From the human T2T-CHM13v2.0 reference genome, Homo sapiens: 64,000 bases of DNA. The translations under genes were made by a program, and so were the position numbers. This document shows, one piece after another, positions 57,002 through 64,000 of this stretch. How positions within the stretch are numbered: the first letter of the stretch is position 1; the number at the start of each line of letters is the position of its first letter. The notes under the pieces were generated by a model, which was not told the DNA's origin, searched no databases, and worked only from the letters and a program-made list of their open reading frames with translations. The DNA lies in assembly GCF_009914755.1 (NCBI RefSeq), contig NC_060927.1, one strand, 5' to 3'.

Positions 57002-58004
57002 GGGTGGGTGTGTGTTTTCACATGAACACTTACTTCTCACGGTATATGCACCACCCTGACTGAGAATAAGAAGCAGGTGATCAGTGAGAGGCTCACCCCT
57101 ATTTTCCAGGAGTGAAATCCCACCAGTCTTAAATGGGGTGGGGCAGTGCTAAATATGTTGTGGAGTCCCTTGATGACTTTAACCTTAGAAAGTTGAGGCT
57201 CACTCATAGAATGGAATAAAAGCATCCTTATCTGTTCTCAATTTACTTACTGATGTTTCTGTATTTGTGATGGGAGTGAATCATGAAATTGTATCATCTC
57301 TTTCAAGAATGCCAGCCATTTTCCAAACCAACAATTACTCGTATCCTTTGGGAAAAAAAATTCCAGTCAGTTTCTTAGGATTATGGCCATAGTCTATGTA
57401 CAAATTTCATTCAAAAGAAAACAGATGGCCATTCTGGCAAACTGACTTGAATTTTGTGCTATCTGGAACATCATTCCTGCATTCAAAGAGACTCTCAACT
57501 CTTAAGAATATCAGAAATTCATCGACATGGCCTTTAACAATTCCAGATATATTCTTCAGACGTCTGCTCTATAGTGTTAAAAATGTTGCCAAAATACAAT
57601 TATATCAATGAGAGGGAAAAGTAAATATTGAAAGGACCACTGATGGACTGCCACGGTTACACTGAGATGAGATTGTCTTCTGTAACGACATTGTGAAATC
57701 CAGTATTTCTGGAATGAAAATCATTTTGGCTACAGTGATAGTGGGAGTAAACCTCATTGTCTACATTATCAGTCCCTATAACAGTTCAAAAAGAAAAGCG
57801 ATAGTCAGATGCCAGGGAGACACTTATTCAACGATTTTTCCATGACACTGGAAATTTTCATCCTGCACTGATTCCAACCTAGATACCATTAAGTGAGAGA
57901 CAGTAATTCAGAACTCTTCCCAGCATACATCATATGTCACAGAGATAAAGAGATCATTGTGTCTAATAGGGGAAATATGCGGGCATGTGAAAACGCACAT
58001 ACCT

Positions 58005-58290
58005 CTTCAAGATTAAGGTACCATCAGGCATGATTACTCTGGAGGCCTTTCTCCTTGGCTTGCAGATGGCTGTCTTCTTGTGATGTCCTCACATGGCCTT
58101 TTGTTCTGTGAAAGCACTCTCCCTGTGTCTCTTCCTCTTCTTATAAGTATACCAGTCCTACTGGGCTCCATGTTCATGACCTCATTTAATCTGAATTACC
58201 TCCACAAAGGCTCTACTTACAAATTAAGTCACACTAGATGATAGGGGTTTAACATATAAATTTTGAGGGGACACAATTCAATCCATAACA
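58005..58290 (-). mobile_element. MLT1A/B-like LTR, 3'-truncated at the same base (right arm of the inverted duplication)
   Basis: Reverse complement reads tgttatggattgaattgtg...taccttaatcttgaag. Confidence 0.85.
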
Positions 58291-59464
58291 AAGAGGAAAG
58301 TAGATTTTTTATAAAGCTTTTCCAGAATCCCAAATAGTGTTGGACATAGATGTTGTCAGTAAAATGGGAAGAATAAAGTGAATCTGATATATATTTTGGA
58401 GATAATGGGCAGGGTAATGGTAGATGGTGTCTCCATCCTCCTTACTCTGATTTGAGGTGATATTTATTGCTATTAACTAGATCAGAAGAGAACAACTCTG
58501 AAGCTGAGGAAGGAAGGAGACACAGGTTCCTTTTTGACATAAGTGTGTGATACTATGCTTATGAAATGTCTCAGGAAGATCTCCTGGAAAACAGCATACC
58601 TAAAATGATTTTATAAGCCAAGTGAAATACACTTTAGTTAAGACGGTAGAAGAAATGAGGCCTGTGGAATAAATGTATTTCATGAATAAAGAATAGCATT
58701 TGTAATAGCTCTCAGATGGCAAAAACATATTATTCACAGGGTTTGTGGGTCTGGTTAGAGAGGAAAACAATTTTTCTTAGGTCTAATTCACCTTGTGAGA
58801 GAATTTGGCTTTATTCTAAATTCAGAAATAGGTTTTCTTTGGAATTTGCATCATAAGATATGTAACTAAAAAACATATACAGAAAACAATCAACTTGGTA
58901 CTTCTCAAATAAAACTACCTATTTATAAATAAAGTACTTTTATTTGATCAGGAAAAAAACACCTTATATGATTATGTTATGTTTGATCCAGAAATAAAAT
59001 GATATACAGAAAGAAAAAACTTGGCAGTAATAATTTTCTGAACATCAGGTGGAATAATCACATTGAATTTATTTTCCATAGAAACTCATAGAGCTGGGAT
59101 ATGCATAATGTTAATATTATTTATACTTGATTCAGTCAGAGAACTTTCAATGTTTCAAACTCAATATTAAATTACTTGGATATTAATTACTGGGATCATC
59201 ATCAAAGGCCAAATGACACCTTACATATTTACAACAAATCAGTATTAAGTTATAATAAGAAAATTATCCTGCATTATTAAATAAAATATCTATATTTTTA
59301 TTGATCTTCCCTCCTCTGCTTATTTTTAAATGTATGATAATCATCTTTGGGAGTTAAAGCAGCTAGGCTTTCTTAAATAAGCAATGATTGAATTAAAGGC
59401 TAGCAATAGTGAGCTTCACCAGAGCAGTATTTTGGGGGGTATAACTAGACAAATCCCAACTGGG

Positions 59465-59767
59465 TTTTGTTTTGTTTTGTTTTTTGAGACAGGGTCTCAC
59501 TCTGTCACCCAGGCTGGAGTACAGTGGCACAATGACGGTTCACTGCAGCCTCCATCTCCCAGGCTTAAGTGATCCTCCCACTTCAGCCTCCTAAGTAGCT
59601 GGGACTACAGGCATGAACCAGCATGCCTGGCTAATTTTTGTATTTTTTGTGGAGATAGGGTTTCATCATATTGCCCAGGCTGGTCTCAAATTCCTGGGCT
59701 CAAGTCATCTGCCAGCTTTGGCTTCTCAAAGGATTGGGATTACAGGCATGGGCCACGGGGCCTGGCC
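59465..59767 (-). mobile_element. AluJ with (TTTTG)n tail
   Basis: J-type reverse Alu. TSD caaatccca (59450-58 / 59768-76). Confidence 0.93.
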
Positions 59768-59913
59768 CAAATCCCAGATGTAACCAGAATTTTTGCACAT
59801 GGAACAAAAAGACAGTTAACAGTTGATACAGTGAGTATCATTACAGGTAACTCTGAACTTCATCATTCTAGTTAACAAATTAAAAGCTGGTCTTCTTGAA
59901 AATCTCAACGATT

Positions 59914-60257
<344 letters not shown>

Positions 60258-61211
60258 TTATAAGCAATTTTGCTCTTTTACAGAATATACCTTCTGTAAA
60301 GATGAGGATTTAGTGAGCTGTTGAACTTGATTTTGAAAAAGAGGAGAAATCTAGATCATTATACTTCTAATAAAAGATTATAACGGTATCATTTTCCTTC
60401 AGAAAAGTTTTACAACAAAAGATTAGTTTAAAAATATTAGATGAGAGTTGGTCATGGTCGTTTATTTTCATCTGCTGGTATTCTTTATATTTTTGTCTTT
60501 TCCTTTTGCTATTTTGGATAAGGGCAAGCTTAGTTATTTTCTATGAAAGTCTGGGCCTTGCATATTAATTGAAATAGTGTGAATAGCCTTGTAGAGAAAA
60601 AAAATTCAATCCGACTTACATGTGAATTTATTTATCATGTATTTTTGCTCAACTTAACGCAATTAATAATTGTGGGCACAAAGTATCAGTCACTGCAAAA
60701 ACATGCAAGTTTACATGTTATTTCATAAGGCTTTAGCCATCGCACTATGAATACTGAAATAAAATAATGGTTACAAATACCTAAGCTTTGAGCATCAAAA
60801 AAATTGTCATATAATTATTTCTGATTAAGAAGCTATCAGTGGCTTACTGAAATATTGAGATAAAAATGTTATTATAAACACAATGAATCATGTTTGTGAT
60901 AAGAAAAATTTTTACATTAAAGTTTATATATGCTAAGGAAAAGACTCTAAGAGCCATAGACAGCTAACTAATGATAAGTATTTGCATTAGTAGTTATTAT
61001 ATTTCTCTACTCACCTACACAAAAAATTAGGTTTCAACTAAACAACAACAAAAAGTAGTATATAATCACATAATCTTAGATCTGGAAATTTCCTTACTTA
61101 AATGGAAATTGGTCTCAGCTTTCTTCCAAAGTAAGCATTCATCAGCTTTAATTTCTGCCAGATGTTTTCTCAGTCATATTTAATAAAAAATAAATTCAAA
61201 TTTGAGAGCAC

Positions 61212-61660
61212 ATTGTGGTGGACTGTCCAGTATTTATTCTCTTCCTCCCAAATCAAGTACCAGTTTACTGAATTAGTCTCAGTAGGAATGATTCTGGTAA
61301 TCTCATCTCCTGTGGTTGGTTTAAGGAACTACTGTGACCAAACTGTCAACAGTACGATATAAAAAGGTATATGTTGAGAATATGTAGCCCAAATTGCTTA
61401 TATTAAAGGCTGTTCATTGATCATGAGGAGAATGAGGCTTAGAATGAAGCAGACAGAAAGGACAAAAATAAGCAGAGTTGCAATAAAAAAAGGTGGATCC
61501 TTAATGACCTGAGTGAGTGACCCATCCAACCAATCCTGAAACCCAAATTACTTCTAAGCATTCTTTTATGTGAGTAAATACATTTGCTTATGGTTTAAGT
61601 GAATTTCAGTTGAATTATCCATTTCAGTAATTGCCGCTGGAAAATGCCAAATAGTAATCA
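61212..61660 (+). mobile_element. Old MaLR LTR (MLT1J/K/L-like)
   Basis: agaatgaagcagacaga, ttatgtgagtaaatacattt...tttaagtgaatttcagttgaatt. Confidence 0.5.
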
Positions 61661-62726
61661 AACCACTCTACAAATTAATGATCCTTCTTTATATGCTTAC
61701 CACTCTGTTAAATTCCTTCTGAATACAATATATTTGAGGTGGGCCTCATTCTTTTGCTTTTGAAAAATACATTGTGACATAGTATACTTCTATTCAAGAA
61801 TGTGCTATATAATTAATGTTTGAATTCCTCCCTCTCCCATGACCTCAATTGTTCCAAACACACAGCTATAAGAGACAAATTATCAGAGGAAAAATGATGA
61901 ATAATATGCATATACAATGTAATGCATGCCATAAACAAGACAGAGCTAACACAGTAGACATATAGAGTGCCAGACCCAGAAATGGGCAGAAGTGCCCAGG
62001 AGTTCATACCTTAAGTTAAAAAAGAAGGCAGAATGTCAAAGCTTTCAGTGAGTGTCAGAGATCTAGAAACAATTGTAATGAAGAAGAGTCATGGTTAGAT
62101 GCTGACAAACTAAACAAAATGAATCAAAGGACACAACATGGTCAATCTTTCAAGTGAAGCTTATAAACTTGAGAATTCAGGAATTCAGAATAAAGTAAAA
62201 TCTGTTCTTATGCAGAATTTAAATTAAAATACATGATGACTGACTGTATGTGTGATACCACAGAAGAGGATTTCTGAGTCTCCAGTGTAAGAGACAGATC
62301 TGATCTGAGGTGTGGAAGAAAAAAAAAACAGATAACAAAAATGACAAGTAAGAGATAAAATCAGATAAAGAAAGAAAAAGTCAACTCTAGATTAGATTTA
62401 AAAAAAATCTGAAAGTTAAAAAGAATGTTGTCACTAAGAAGGTCAGCAAACCAAATCAGAAAACAAATTCAATTCAGAAAAAAATGAAAATAATACAGCA
62501 ATCTAAAAATTATATTTGTGTGTTTATAGCTTAAAGATATATAGAAAGTTACATTTTTAGAAATAGAGTAATTAAAGCCTTAAAACATAAAGCAAAAGTC
62601 CTCTAAGGGCAGGCGGGTAAGGCAAATAGAATTCCTAAATGTAAAACACTAGTCAGTGAAATTAAAAAAAAAAAATTCTATTTTAACAAATTCTAATCTA
62701 CTCAAAATAGAATAATGAGATAATTA

Positions 62727-63055
<329 letters not shown>

Positions 63056-63059
63056 TGTA

Positions 63060-64000
63060 ATTAACTGTACACTGTGGAGTACTTTGTCACTACTTCTTTC
63101 ATTTAACATAATCTTTGCAAGCTTCGTCCTTGTTGTAACATGTATTTTTTTATTGCCTAATAAGATTCCATTGTATGGATGTATCACATTTTATCCATTT
63201 ATCATTTTTGAATTATTTCCATTTCTTGGCTATTATCAATAATGCTGCTGTGAACAATTGTGTATAGTCTTTCGTGTGAACATATACTTTGATCGCTCTT
63301 TGATATATACCTCAGAGTAGAATTGCTGGGTCATATGGTAACTCTGACCATTTGAGGAACTGCCAAACTGGTTTCCAAAGTGGCTGCACAATTTTACACC
63401 CCCTTCTCAATACTTATTATTATGCTGTTTTGTTTTGTTTTCAACTTTAGCCATTATAGTGGTGATATCTCATTCTAGTATTGATTTGCATTCCCCTAAT
63501 GACTAACAATGTTGTGTGTGCTTTCATGTGCTTACTGGCCCTTTGTGTAACCTCTTTGGAAAAAATTAACGAACTATTGGTTTCGTTATTTGCTTATTTT
63601 TAAAATTCGGTTATTTGCTTTTTCATTATTGAATTGTAATAGCTTTTTATAGAGTATAGAGACACATCTCTTATTAGATATGCAATTTGCAAAATTTCTC
63701 TCATGTTGTGGGTTTTCTTTCACTTTTTTGATGACTCCTCTGATAAGTCTATTATGCTATGCCCAATTTATTTTTGTTGCTTGTATTTTTTGTCATATCT
63801 AAGAAAAAATTAGATATGACAATTTCTAATTTATTAGAAATGTCAAATATGAAATGTCAAATTAGAAATATGACAAAAAAATTTTGTCATATCTAAGAAA
63901 AAATATCTAAACCAAAGATGATATACACTCCTGTATTTTCTAAATATTTTATAATTTTAGCTCTTCATGTATGTCTTTTATCTTATTATTCATTTACATC
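63060..64000 (-). mobile_element. L1MB-like ORF2 end / 3' UTR
   Basis: aataatgctgctgtgaaca...gaattgctgggtcatatggtaactct...tttgaggaactgccaaactg, ttgatttgcattcccctaatgacta. Confidence 0.8.

Overview
This is AT-rich, repeat-dense primate DNA. AluY, LTR12 and a young L1PA 3' end point to a catarrhine, most likely human or great ape. I find no credible protein-coding exon, RNA gene or CpG island: the recognisable ORFs in the track are L1, Alu or LTR remnants and the rest look like chance ORFs. The window is a gene desert or deep intron made of layered retroelements. These include a full-length L1MA with nested L1PA, Alu and LTR12 insertions (41.5-52.4 kb), full MST and THE1D MaLR proviruses, many solo LTRs (MLT2A, MER76, MER34, MLT1), about ten Alus and two DNA-transposon fossils (MER47A, Charlie1). 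I see no new gene system. The most interesting signals are structural: an old ~335-bp inverted duplication around ~0.93 kb of unique DNA (56.7-58.3 kb), a probable L1-insertion-mediated deletion, an MST provirus with a duplicated LTR-end/leader, and three local fold-back or templated-insertion scars. Repeat subfamily names come from recalled consensus sequences and by-eye alignment, not from a RepeatMasker run.
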